32,000 nt of DNA, taken from assembly GCF_000018305.1 (NCBI RefSeq), contig NC_009954.1:600001-632000 (forward strand), read 5' to 3'. Every line of letters starts with the position of its first letter. Position 1 is the first letter of the stretch. Positions 16,876 through 25,602 of the stretch are shown here, one piece after another. Source of the DNA: Caldivirga maquilingensis IC-167 (GTDB taxonomy: Archaea > Thermoproteota > Thermoprotei > Thermoproteales > Thermocladiaceae). A program made the position numbers and the translations under genes. The notes below the pieces were generated by a model, which was not told where the DNA came from, ran no database searches, and saw only the letters and a program-made list of their open reading frames with translations.

Positions 16876-17631
16876 ATGATAAGAATAATAAACCTAAATC
16901 AAATTAAGGATGCTGTTGAGGATTATTTGCTACTTGACGCAAGACCATACATTGACTACATGAGTAAGGGCCACATACCTGGAGCAGTTAACGCTCAGGT
17001 TAGTAGGATTATGGATGTAATAACGGGAGCCATTAAACCTATTGGTGAATTGAATGCAGTATTTAAACAATGGGGTATTGATGAGGATAAGCCCATACTC
17101 ATATATGATGAGTATGATGGGCAATTAGGGGCTAGACTTGCATGGACCCTTGATTACTGTGGTCATGATAAAGTATTCCTGGTCAGGGAGTTCTTCAGTA
17201 CCTATGCCAATTCAGGTGGGCAATTATCCTATAAATTGGAGAAGGCCACCCATGAGGGTAATTTTAAGTGCAGACCCAATGAGGGAGTTAGGGCCACTGC
17301 TGAATACGTGCTCTCTACATTAAACAGTGCCCTAATCATAGATGCTAGGAGCCCCGAGGAATTCATAGGAGGTAACCCTGAGGTGCCGAGACCTGGTCAC
17401 ATACCTAATGCAGTCAATATCCCATGGCTTGAATTACTGGACCCTGATGGATACAGGATTGTGGATTTAGGGCTTAGTAGGGATAAGGAGATTATCGTCT
17501 ACTGTGACTATGGCTTGAGGGCATCGGTGGTATACTCCGTGCTTAGGCACTTTAACTATAAGGTTAGGCTTTATGAAAAGGGTTACATGGAGTGGGGTTC
17601 TAATCCAAATCTACCTGTAGTTAGTGGCTAA
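16876..17631 (+). CDS. Tandem-rhodanese sulfurtransferase (inactive N-domain, active C-domain)
   Basis: Domain 1 has LLLDARP...GHIPGAVN with Asp at the active-site position (IYDEYDGQLGAR). Domain 2 has IIDARSPEEF...GHIPNAVNIPW with the active-site loop VYCDYGLRAS. It starts 2 nt after the OsmC-like stop. Confidence 0.8.
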   Translation: MIRIINLNQIKDAVEDYLLLDARPYIDYMSKGHIPGAVNAQVSRIMDVITGAIKPIGELNAVFKQWGIDEDKPILIYDEYDGQLGARLAWTLDYCGHDKVFLVREFFSTYANSGGQLSYKLEKATHEGNFKCRPNEGVRATAEYVLSTLNSALIIDARSPEEFIGGNPEVPRPGHIPNAVNIPWLELLDPDGYRIVDLGLSRDKEIIVYCDYGLRASVVYSVLRHFNYKVRLYEKGYMEWGSNPNLPVVSG

Positions 17632-17693
17632 TACTCTTCACTTAATTATAATAAGCACGGATGGTTTATTATACAGAAGTGGTAAGTTGAATT

Positions 17694-19772
17694 ATGAATG
17701 AGGAGGTAAGGTGCCTTAGAGGTAGTGCTTCACCATACATTACGGATGCCTTAAGTAGCCCAGTTAAATGGTGGGGTTGGTGCAGTGAAGCCTTTGAGAA
17801 GGCTAGGCATGAGGGTAAGCCCATATTGATTGATGTAGGTGCTGGTTGGTGCCACTGGTGTCACGTTATGGATGAGGAAACATACTCTGATCCTGAGGTT
17901 GCGGAGTTGCTTAATAACTACTTCATACCAATTAAGGTTGATAGAGATGAGAAACCTGATGTGGATAGGAGGCTTCAGGAAATCGCCATGCTCATCAGTG
18001 GTCAGGGTGGTTGGCCATTAACAGTGATACTGACGCCAAACGGCGATCCACTATACGCAGCCACATACCTACCACCAAGGGATAAGGCTGGGCTTCCCGG
18101 AATGGTTAAGGTGCTTAATGCCACCCTTAATGCACTTAGGTTTAAGTCCAGTGAAGTTGCTGAAGCTGTTAGGCAGGTTAGGGAGGCATTGAGTCAAGAG
18201 GAGTCAGCAACACCCAGTGAACCCTCATGGGATTCCCTGGAGTCTGTGATTAATGATATAGTGAGTCTTCATGATGATGAATACGGCGGCTTTGGCACCA
18301 TGCCCAAGTTCCCGCAGCCCACTTTCCACACACTACTACTGCATATGGGTTACCACGGTGATGAACACCTAGTGAAACTGGTTACATACACTTTGAGGAG
18401 AATGTACTATGGGGGTGTTTATGATCAACTTGGTGGTGGATTCCATAGGTACTCAGTGGATAGGGAATGGCTTATACCTCATTTCGAGAAGCTACTGATT
18501 GATAACGCAGAGTTACTGGCTAACTACGCTGAGGCATACGCGGTAACTGGTGATGTTGATTTAAGAAATGCAGCCATGGGCATCACCAGTTACTTAACGA
18601 GTGAGCTTTGGAACCCGGAGGGCGGCTTCTATGCAAGCCAGGACGCGGACGTGGACCCAAGTGACGAAGGTGGCTACTATAGGTGGAGTATTGATGAATT
18701 ACGCAGTTTATTGAGTAACGAGGAGTTTGAACTTATCTACAGATACCTTGGAGTCTATAGATTTAAGGATAGTGGGGAGAAGGCCGTGCTCCATGTGGCC
18801 ATGAGCCTTACTGAAGCGGCGAGACTCGCCGGTATAGAGCCTAACAGAGCTGAGGAGGTTTTGAGGAGCGCCATCAGTAAGTTGCGGCAGGCCAGGAGTA
18901 AAAGGCCTAAGCCTAGGATTGATAGGACAGTATACACTAATTGGTCCTCTGCAGCAGCTCTGGCACTGATGGAGTATCACGATTACGTAAATCCAGGAAC
19001 GCTAAGTTACGCAGTGAAGACCGTAGATTACATAATGAGTAAGCTTTACATTAATGGTGAGTTACGTAGAGGCTTCAGGTCCGGGCCCCTTTACATGGGG
19101 AGTCTGGACGACTACGCATACACCTTAATAGCATCAATACAGGCCTTTAGCCACACGGGTGAGGTTAAGTACTTATCCTTCGCAAGGGAATTAGCCGAGG
19201 GTTTAATAAATAACTTCGAGGCAAAGGATGGGGGATTCTACGACACTAAGCTGTCTAATGATTCACCAATAGGTATGAGGGTTAAGCCAATATTCGATAC
19301 ACCTAACTGGAGCCCCAACGCCCTAGCCATAATGGGATTACAGGATATGGCGAGGTTAGGGCTGATTAAGGGTGATTCCTTGGATAAGGCTGTAAAGTCA
19401 CTATACCCATTGGCAACCAGGTACGGTAGATCAGCAGCATCCTACTTCATAACCCTATGGAGGTATTTAGCTGAACCACCGAAGGTTATTATTATTGGCG
19501 ACTCTAGGGATGATGAGGCATTCCTAAGCCTATGGAAGATAGCCTTATCAACATTCAGACCCGGTAAACTAGTAATACCGTTAACAAGGGATTATGTTAA
19601 CGAGTTTACAGGTGACCAAACTATCAGTTACATGGTTCGGGAGCAGAGAAGGTTAAGTAGGCCACTGGCCTTTGTATGCGCATACACGGCATGCTCCATG
19701 CCAATAGAGAAACCGGAATCGCTAAGGCAAGTTATAGAGACATTCATGGTTAATAGGTATATGAACCGGTAA
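17694..19772 (+). CDS. Thioredoxin-domain protein of the DUF255/YyaL/SPATA20 family (COG1331)
   Basis: SPYITDALSSPVKWWGW..EAFEKAR.EGKPILIDVGAGWCHWCHVMDEE...IPIKVDRDE.PDVD is the family's thioredoxin-like N-domain with CxxC. The long alpha/alpha-toroid-like C-terminal part brings it to 692 aa. Confidence 0.8.
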   Translation: MNEEVRCLRGSASPYITDALSSPVKWWGWCSEAFEKARHEGKPILIDVGAGWCHWCHVMDEETYSDPEVAELLNNYFIPIKVDRDEKPDVDRRLQEIAMLISGQGGWPLTVILTPNGDPLYAATYLPPRDKAGLPGMVKVLNATLNALRFKSSEVAEAVRQVREALSQEESATPSEPSWDSLESVINDIVSLHDDEYGGFGTMPKFPQPTFHTLLLHMGYHGDEHLVKLVTYTLRRMYYGGVYDQLGGGFHRYSVDREWLIPHFEKLLIDNAELLANYAEAYAVTGDVDLRNAAMGITSYLTSELWNPEGGFYASQDADVDPSDEGGYYRWSIDELRSLLSNEEFELIYRYLGVYRFKDSGEKAVLHVAMSLTEAARLAGIEPNRAEEVLRSAISKLRQARSKRPKPRIDRTVYTNWSSAAALALMEYHDYVNPGTLSYAVKTVDYIMSKLYINGELRRGFRSGPLYMGSLDDYAYTLIASIQAFSHTGEVKYLSFARELAEGLINNFEAKDGGFYDTKLSNDSPIGMRVKPIFDTPNWSPNALAIMGLQDMARLGLIKGDSLDKAVKSLYPLATRYGRSAASYFITLWRYLAEPPKVIIIGDSRDDEAFLSLWKIALSTFRPGKLVIPLTRDYVNEFTGDQTISYMVREQRRLSRPLAFVCAYTACSMPIEKPESLRQVIETFMVNRYMNR

Positions 19773-19896
19773 AATCAACAATACGATACTCTACTGCATT
19801 AGCTAAAGCTAGTCTTCAATAATATTTAAAGTGATCTTGGAATTTAATTAATAAAGCTTTCGCAGACTTGCTGTAAATAATGTTATTTAAGCAGGG

Positions 19897-19908
19897 CTTA
19901 AATATAAG
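19897..19908 (+). promoter_or_regulatory. TATA-like box (cttaaatataag) for the 19926 operon
   Basis: Centred ~23 nt upstream of the ATG at 19926. Confidence 0.4.
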
Positions 19909-19925
19909 CTTGAGGCATATGCGTC

Positions 19926-20834
19926 ATGCCATTATGCCCCATCTGTAGGGTTAGGTTTAATGATTGGAGTGATGTTGCAGCTCATTTTAACGAAATGACT
20001 AAAGTTAATGATGCAGCTCATGTGATGTGGTTGAATAGGAATATTTCATCTAGGGAATTAAGCATTGATGAGTTAAGCGTTAGGTTAAGGGACTTATTCA
20101 GGATTGGTAATGGACTTGGTTCATGGATTAGGGATATTTTCATCAAAAGATTCTACGGCGATAATCCTCACCCCTTCATGGTAGCTATGCAGAAGCCTAA
20201 TAGGGCAGTGCTCCTGGGCTACGTATTGGAGCATCAACACTTCCTTAGAAATTGGGTTAGGGTCCTAGCTACCATAGTGGCTAAGACTGATAAGGATGAT
20301 GTGGTTAGGTATGAGCTTGAGAATATGTCTGTGGAATTCCTCGGTTACCGCAATAGGCCATCACACTACGAGCTGCTTATTAGAATGGGTGAATCCCTAG
20401 GCATGAGCAGGGCTGAAATACTATCCACACCACCATTGAAGGCAACATTGGATTCCATTAACGTATGGCGTAGAATAGCCAACGAGAGGACGTGGGTTGA
20501 AACCATGGCTGCAATGCATAGTCTTGAGCTTGCCGCGGATAAGAGTCTACGTAAGTATGGGGCTAGGATGCATTACTTCAATGAGGCGATACTATCATCC
20601 CCAGAGTACCCTGATGCTGTTAAGGAGTTCCTTAGGGAGGGTTATGAGGCTGATGAACATCACGCTGGCGAGGCATTGGAGCTGGTTGAGAAGTATGCTG
20701 GTGAAATGAACCTTATTGAGGAGGTTCAAGTAACAGTGCTTGAATCCCTTGATGCACTGCATAATTACCTATGGGCCCGTTTACAGAGGGCTATGATGAT
20801 TGATCCTGGGCTTATTAAGGTGATTACGCAATGA
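19926..20834 (+). CDS. N-terminal C2H2-like Zn finger fused to a heme-oxygenase-like (PqqC/TenA/CADD-type, putative di-iron) helical domain
   Basis: The N-terminus has C4-x2-C7-x12-H20-x11-H32. The rest looks all-helical, with His/carboxylate motifs [29 protein letters not shown] and EADEHHAGE, as expected for the six His/Glu/Asp ligands of heme-oxygenase-like di-iron oxidases. The assignment is from memory of the family and is not searched. Confidence 0.5.
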   Translation: MPLCPICRVRFNDWSDVAAHFNEMTKVNDAAHVMWLNRNISSRELSIDELSVRLRDLFRIGNGLGSWIRDIFIKRFYGDNPHPFMVAMQKPNRAVLLGYVLEHQHFLRNWVRVLATIVAKTDKDDVVRYELENMSVEFLGYRNRPSHYELLIRMGESLGMSRAEILSTPPLKATLDSINVWRRIANERTWVETMAAMHSLELAADKSLRKYGARMHYFNEAILSSPEYPDAVKEFLREGYEADEHHAGEALELVEKYAGEMNLIEEVQVTVLESLDALHNYLWARLQRAMMIDPGLIKVITQ

Positions 20835-21148
20835 TAATCGAGGTCAATGGTAGGCAAGTAGGTACTAAGGAGACTGGATGCGCGCTCTGCGGTGCCACTT
20901 GGGGTGAGTACTATGATGAGGTTGATGGAGAGAAACTCTTCTTCTGCTGTGACTTATGCGCAAAGGGCTTTAAGAATATTATTAATGAGATTAAGAGAAG
21001 GACAGGTTGGAGTAGGATTGATAAGTTAACCATGGTCGGCAACTACTATAAGGGTAGGACAGGTGTAGCAATGCATGGTAATGAGCAGTTTAAGTTTTAC
21101 GTTAAGTTTAACGATGATGCAGACATAACTATATTCAATGAACTGTAA
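20831..21148 (+). CDS. Small TRASH/YHS-like Cys-motif metal-binding protein with an uncharacterised C-terminal domain
   Basis: C17-x2-C20-x18-C39-C40-x2-C43 ([31 protein letters not shown]) is close to the TRASH consensus C-x2-C-x19-22-C-x3-C. Its start overlaps the upstream stop (ATGA at 20831-20834). Confidence 0.5.
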   Translation: MIIEVNGRQVGTKETGCALCGATWGEYYDEVDGEKLFFCCDLCAKGFKNIINEIKRRTGWSRIDKLTMVGNYYKGRTGVAMHGNEQFKFYVKFNDDADITIFNEL

Positions 21149-21325
21149 GCATTATGATTAAGTTAAGTTTAAAACAATCTTATTAAGCTACCTAATTACA
21201 TGAAGGAACCTAAGGATGATCATTAGGTAGGTGGAACATGTTCAGTAAGGTAAAGGTTAAATATAACTAAATAGATTTGAGAAGGGGAAGGGAAAATGAT
21301 TAATTTGGTTTTAAGGTACCTTAAT

Positions 21326-22213
21326 TTAAGGTTCATTACCCTTCTTAACTGGTGCACCAACAGCATTACCCCACTCGGCCCAAGAGCCGTCATAAACCCT
21401 AACAGCTGGGTAACCAAGTAGGTACTTGAGTACGAACCATGTGTGGGAGGCTCTTTCCGCAATCCTGCAGTAGGTTATTACCTCCTTATCTGGTGTTATT
21501 CCATACTGGCTGTAAAGTCTCCTTAATTCCTCAACGGGTTTAAACTCACCAGTGTCTGGGTTCACGGCTAGGCTCCAGGGAATATTGATGGCACCTGGTA
21601 TGTGCCCACCCACCTGAGCATGCTCATTAGGGTATTCTGGTGGTGCCGTTATCTCACCAGTGTACTCTCTAGGCGACCTAACATCGACAAGCGCTAGACT
21701 TTTACCAATCTCACCCTTGTTGAGTCTATTCAATATCTCCCATAGGTAAACCCTATGTCCACCCCAGTCAACCTTCTTAACCGTGTACCTGGCCCCAACA
21801 TCCTTGTAATAATGCGGCTCCTGGTGACCACTGCATGTGGGCCCATTCTCCTTAGCCCACTTGGTACGCCCACCATTCAGTAACCTAACGTCCTCATGTC
21901 CATAAACCTTGAAGAGCCAGAAGGCGTAGGCTGCGAACCAGTTATTATAGTCACCGTAAAGTATAACAGTAGTATCATTAGATATGCCCCTCTCCTCCAT
22001 GTACTTTGCGAATTGATCAGGTTCAACGAAATCCCTTCTCACTGGATGCCTAATATGATCCTTCCATGTCAATAATGCAGCACCCGGCAAGTGCCATGCA
22101 AAGTATGCGGTGTTCGGATCATAGTCAACCTCCACAACTCTAACCTTTGGGTCATTTAAGTGCTTCCTCATCCACTCAGTATCCACAAGCACCTCGGGAT
22201 GCGCATAGCTCAT
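21326..22213 (-). CDS. Thiosulfate sulfurtransferase (tandem rhodanese, TST-type active site)
   Basis: The N-domain is inactive (ILYGDYNNWFAAYAFW). The C-domain has GHIPGAINIPW and the active-site loop YCRIAERASH (CRxxxR[ST]). 295 aa. Confidence 0.85.
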   Translation of the reverse strand: MSYAHPEVLVDTEWMRKHLNDPKVRVVEVDYDPNTAYFAWHLPGAALLTWKDHIRHPVRRDFVEPDQFAKYMEERGISNDTTVILYGDYNNWFAAYAFWLFKVYGHEDVRLLNGGRTKWAKENGPTCSGHQEPHYYKDVGARYTVKKVDWGGHRVYLWEILNRLNKGEIGKSLALVDVRSPREYTGEITAPPEYPNEHAQVGGHIPGAINIPWSLAVNPDTGEFKPVEELRRLYSQYGITPDKEVITYCRIAERASHTWFVLKYLLGYPAVRVYDGSWAEWGNAVGAPVKKGNEP

Positions 22214-22327
22214 AATTAGCCTAAGCTAATAGATTTTAATAAACGTCTTGTAAAAAGCATATTATACACGAGATTGCAGAAATTTCATGTATAAAAAATA
22301 TTTTAAAACACGCTGTGAAAAGCACCT

Positions 22328-22594
22328 ATGGCCATTAATATTACAAAGACTGTTAAATTTGATAGGAATGAATCATGTGAAACTGGATTAAGGCATCCTA
22401 TTTACACGATTATAGATGAGTTAAAGAAATTGAATCATAATGAGGGAATAAGAGTACTTGTTAATGATTATGATTGGGTTTTAGTTATTAAAAACACAGT
22501 TAACCTAATGAAGAATTTCTGCATTACGGATAATGGTAGTAATACTGAGTTATTTCATGAACTTATAATTTATAAATGCGTACTCAATCCATAG
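22328..22594 (+). CDS. DUF2249-like (TusA-fold, Cys-less) small protein
   Basis: RHPIYTIIDELKKLNHNEGIRVLVNDYD resembles the DUF2249 core (RHP.I...l..L..ge.l.l.NDHDP). The gene is markedly AT-rich relative to its neighbours. Confidence 0.4.
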   Translation: MAINITKTVKFDRNESCETGLRHPIYTIIDELKKLNHNEGIRVLVNDYDWVLVIKNTVNLMKNFCITDNGSNTELFHELIIYKCVLNP

Positions 22595-22846
22595 GAAGAA
22601 GATTCAAGTGAGTTATACGAAGTTTTGGTGATTTAAAAATTCATTAACACCATAGGTAGATTTATGGCTAAGATAATGAAGGTTAATTATTATTGAAATA
22701 GGATAAGTCACTGATATAATGAATGACAAGTCTAGCTCCTTCTGTAGTTGGTTTAAGCTCCCACTGGTAACATTAAAATGCAGAGAGGGCTCAGAGGCAT
22801 TAATTCAGGTTTATGCATATTTAAGAACAGGTTACTCCACCTAGAT

Positions 22847-23851
22847 TCATGAAACCGTACTGGTAATCCAGGGTATTGGGACTTCATCAATTCTCCACCT
22901 CTGCTTAATTACACTATCCTCAATACTAATGCTTACGCCACTTTTATAGGCCAGTAAACCAGTCCAAGCAATCATAGCTCCATTATCACCAGCATACTCA
23001 GGGGGGACAACGTGCAGTGTCGCCGTGTATTCTGATGCAACGATCTCCATTATGCTTCTTAGTATGGGGCTTCTGGCTACGCCGCCGGCTATCACTATCT
23101 CCCTCTTACCCAGTAGTGCTAATGCCCTCTCAGTCACCTCAGCCAGCATGTAGTATGCCGTGTTAACTATGGATAAGCAAACATTCTCAACCCTCCTCCC
23201 CTCCTTAACCAACTTCACTGCTGCAGTGTATAGGCCTGCGAAGGACATGTCCTGTCCCTTAACAGTGTAGGGTAACTCTAACATTACCTTACCTCTCCTG
23301 GCGCATTCCTCAAGGTGTGGTACACCTGGGTTAGGTAGGCCAAGGAATCTGGCGAACATGTCGAGGCAATTACCCACTGATATATCCATTGTCTCCCCAA
23401 AGACCCTATACCTACCACCTGAGTAGGCGGTTACCATGGTGTGTCCACCTGAGACTAAGAGTACTAATGGGTCCTTGGCACCCGTGGTCATTTTAGCTAT
23501 CTCAATGTGGGCTACCCCATGGTGGACAGGCACAAGGGGTTTACCGTACTTAATGGCTATGAACCTAGCCACAGTTGCCCCAACCCTTAATGCTGGTCCT
23601 AAGCCAGGCCCCTGGGAAAAAGCCACTGCATCAAGGTCACTTAATTTAACCTCAGCCTTATCTAATGCCCTCTTAACTAAATGCGACGCCTTCAATGCGT
23701 GATGATCCGCAGCCTCCCTTGGGTGAATACCTGAGCCCTGGGGTGGTGTGTAGGTTTCATTCTCATTAGCCAATACCTCATTATCATTAACTATCCCCAC
23801 CCCTATGGTGTGGGCTGTGGATTCAATGCCGAGAATTATCACAAGCCTCAC
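22847..23851 (-). CDS. kae1: Kae1, tRNA N6-adenosine threonylcarbamoyltransferase (KEOPS catalytic subunit)
   Basis: GIESTAHTIGVGIV, the metal site HHGVAHIE, LLVSGGHT, and C-terminal GDNGAMIAW. 334 aa and not fused to Bud32. Confidence 0.9.
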   Translation of the reverse strand: MRLVIILGIESTAHTIGVGIVNDNEVLANENETYTPPQGSGIHPREAADHHALKASHLVKRALDKAEVKLSDLDAVAFSQGPGLGPALRVGATVARFIAIKYGKPLVPVHHGVAHIEIAKMTTGAKDPLVLLVSGGHTMVTAYSGGRYRVFGETMDISVGNCLDMFARFLGLPNPGVPHLEECARRGKVMLELPYTVKGQDMSFAGLYTAAVKLVKEGRRVENVCLSIVNTAYYMLAEVTERALALLGKREIVIAGGVARSPILRSIMEIVASEYTATLHVVPPEYAGDNGAMIAWTGLLAYKSGVSISIEDSVIKQRWRIDEVPIPWITSTVS

Positions 23852-23924
23852 GAATCCTAGTTCTATTTAAATCCTCACTCAACCCAGTGGATTTATTATG
23901 ATTTAGAGTCATTAATTTGAGCCT

Positions 23925-24143
23925 TCACCTACCTCTACTCGGCCTCTGTCTTGGTGCTTGGCTTTCAAATATAGTGTAACCGCATTTACCGCAATGCCAC
24001 CTGGGTACTGGTTCCTTGTGGTAAGCCATTACTGAACCACACCTAGGGCATAGTCTCTTATTAAACCTAAACACACCCTTCTCCATGTCTATGGTATACC
24101 AAGTGTGTGCCCTTGCCTTAACAGCCTTACTCATACTTAACAT
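23925..24143 (-). CDS. rps27ae: 30S ribosomal protein S27ae (eS31)
   Basis: Zinc ribbon CPRCGSVMAYHKEPVPRWHCGKCGYT. ~70 aa and basic. A TATA-like atttttaaaaa lies ~30 nt upstream. Confidence 0.85.
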   Translation of the reverse strand: MLSMSKAVKARAHTWYTIDMEKGVFRFNKRLCPRCGSVMAYHKEPVPRWHCGKCGYTIFESQAPRQRPSRGR

Positions 24144-24299
24144 TCGGTTACCTCCCTTTTTAAAAATAGCTGTCTAATGTATCGCCCACCCTGGTGCATT
24201 GCATTTAAATTCACGTGAAGTGTGGTTGGGTTATGAAACTGGTGTTTAAGGTAATGGGTAAGGAACAACCTTTATTAGGCTTAACTAATTAGCGTTCAC

Positions 24300-25307
24300 G
24301 TGAAGAATCCCATTGAGGTTAGGAAGATTCAAGTAGCTGGTAAGTCCTCCTTAGCCGTAACCATACCCAAGAGGTGGGCTGAGGTACTTGGGATTAATGC
24401 AGGTAACCCAGTCTACCTGGAGTTTAGGGGTTATGAGATTGCCGTATTGCCTGCATTAATGGTTCATGAGGTTGAAACACAGAGGGTTATTGAGGTTAAG
24501 CCTGGTGAGAGTTCTGATTCAGTTATTAGGAGGGTTATAAGCGCGTTCATTAAGGGTGCCCAGGTAATTAGGGTTATGTTCACTGGTAGTGTGGATAGGG
24601 AGTTAATTGATGAAGTCACTAGGGAGATCAGTGTCCGCGTACCCATAGTTGAGACCATAAGTTACGGTAATGGTGAGGTCAAGGTAACTGTACTATCCCC
24701 CACTAGTAATATGCCTATTAAAAGCTTCATAGCCAGGATGAGTAATGTTGTTTCAGGAATGTTTAAGGACGCCTTAAGCCTGATTAAAATAGATCCTGAG
24801 GAGAGACTTAGTATGGCTAGGGATATAATGGATAGGGATTACGATGTTGATAGGAATTATATGCTTATACACAGGTTAATAAACATGGCTGTGAATGGTT
24901 TAATAAGCGTGAGGAGCGTTGAGATTGATGATAGGCCTGAACTCTTATCCTGTCTCCTGGTCTCTAAATCCCTTGAGAGGTCAGGTGACCATTCCTGGAG
25001 GATTGCCCAGTGGATGCTTGAGATTGGTTCAATTAATGAGGATGTTGCAGACCTAATACTGGCCCTTGGTGATGAGGTTAGTGACCTTCATAAATCCGCA
25101 GTATCCTCCTTCCTAAGTAGGGATGTTGATAAGGCGCAGGCCGTGTTAGATATGAGGAATAATATTGCTCAAAGGAGGGTTGAGGTGAGTAATATGCTTA
25201 AGGCCTACAACATAACGGGGCCATTAAACCTCGTGATTGAATCAATAGGTAGGTTAGCTGCCTACGCGTACGATATTGCTGAAATAACTCTTGACACGTA
25301 CTTATGA
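24300..25307 (+). CDS. AbrB/SpoVT-domain plus PhoU-domain regulator (archaeal PhoU-like)
   Basis: GTG start. The N-terminal VRKIQVAGKSSLAVTIPKRWAEVLGINAGNPVYLEF is an AbrB/MazE swapped-hairpin motif. The C-terminal half has PhoU-like helical repeats (ARDIMDRDYDVDRNY; SRDVDKAQAVLDMRNNI). Confidence 0.7.
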   Translation: MKNPIEVRKIQVAGKSSLAVTIPKRWAEVLGINAGNPVYLEFRGYEIAVLPALMVHEVETQRVIEVKPGESSDSVIRRVISAFIKGAQVIRVMFTGSVDRELIDEVTREISVRVPIVETISYGNGEVKVTVLSPTSNMPIKSFIARMSNVVSGMFKDALSLIKIDPEERLSMARDIMDRDYDVDRNYMLIHRLINMAVNGLISVRSVEIDDRPELLSCLLVSKSLERSGDHSWRIAQWMLEIGSINEDVADLILALGDEVSDLHKSAVSSFLSRDVDKAQAVLDMRNNIAQRRVEVSNMLKAYNITGPLNLVIESIGRLAAYAYDIAEITLDTYL

Positions 25308-25568
25308 ACCATACCTTTAAGGGCATCACCGTGTTTAACATTAATCCCCCATCAACATCATGTACTTAACCTCTATTGAATTAATACAGCATCTACATAA
25401 TATTAATGTTAGTAACCATATCAGGAATTAGCATTAAATTACAATAATCATGATCCTTACATTAATGTACCTAAAGCCTCATTATACATAAGGGGTTTAA
25501 TGCTTAAATCGCCTATGCCTCACTGCATATATTGAGGATTCCAGTGGGCTTGAATGATAGCCTTAGCC

Positions 25569-25584
25569 TTATAAAATTTAAAAG
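25569..25584 (+). promoter_or_regulatory. TATA-like box (ttataaaatttaaaag) for the PhoH-like gene
   Basis: Centred ~26 nt upstream of the ATG at 25603. Confidence 0.4.
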
Positions 25585-25602
25585 TAAGGTGGGGTAAGGT
25601 TC

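Noticed and set aside
22719-22844. A 41-codon ORF convergent with kae1, ending 2 nt from its stop.
   Set aside because: I see no recognisable motif, promoter or SD, and the AT-rich context easily yields such ORFs. It is mentioned under the AT-rich pocket finding but not called as a gene.
25543-25552. TTCCAGTGGG resembles the core of crenarchaeal origin-recognition boxes (..TCCAGTGGAAA..) and lies inside a 295-bp AT-rich spacer. I considered a replication origin here and in the 927-bp tract at 13792-14718.
   Set aside because: There is only one partial copy and no inverted second ORB. No orc1/cdc6 gene is nearby. CCAGTGG or CCACTGG occurs about as often as chance predicts across the window, including inside coding regions. 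The 927-bp tract has no ORB-like element at all.
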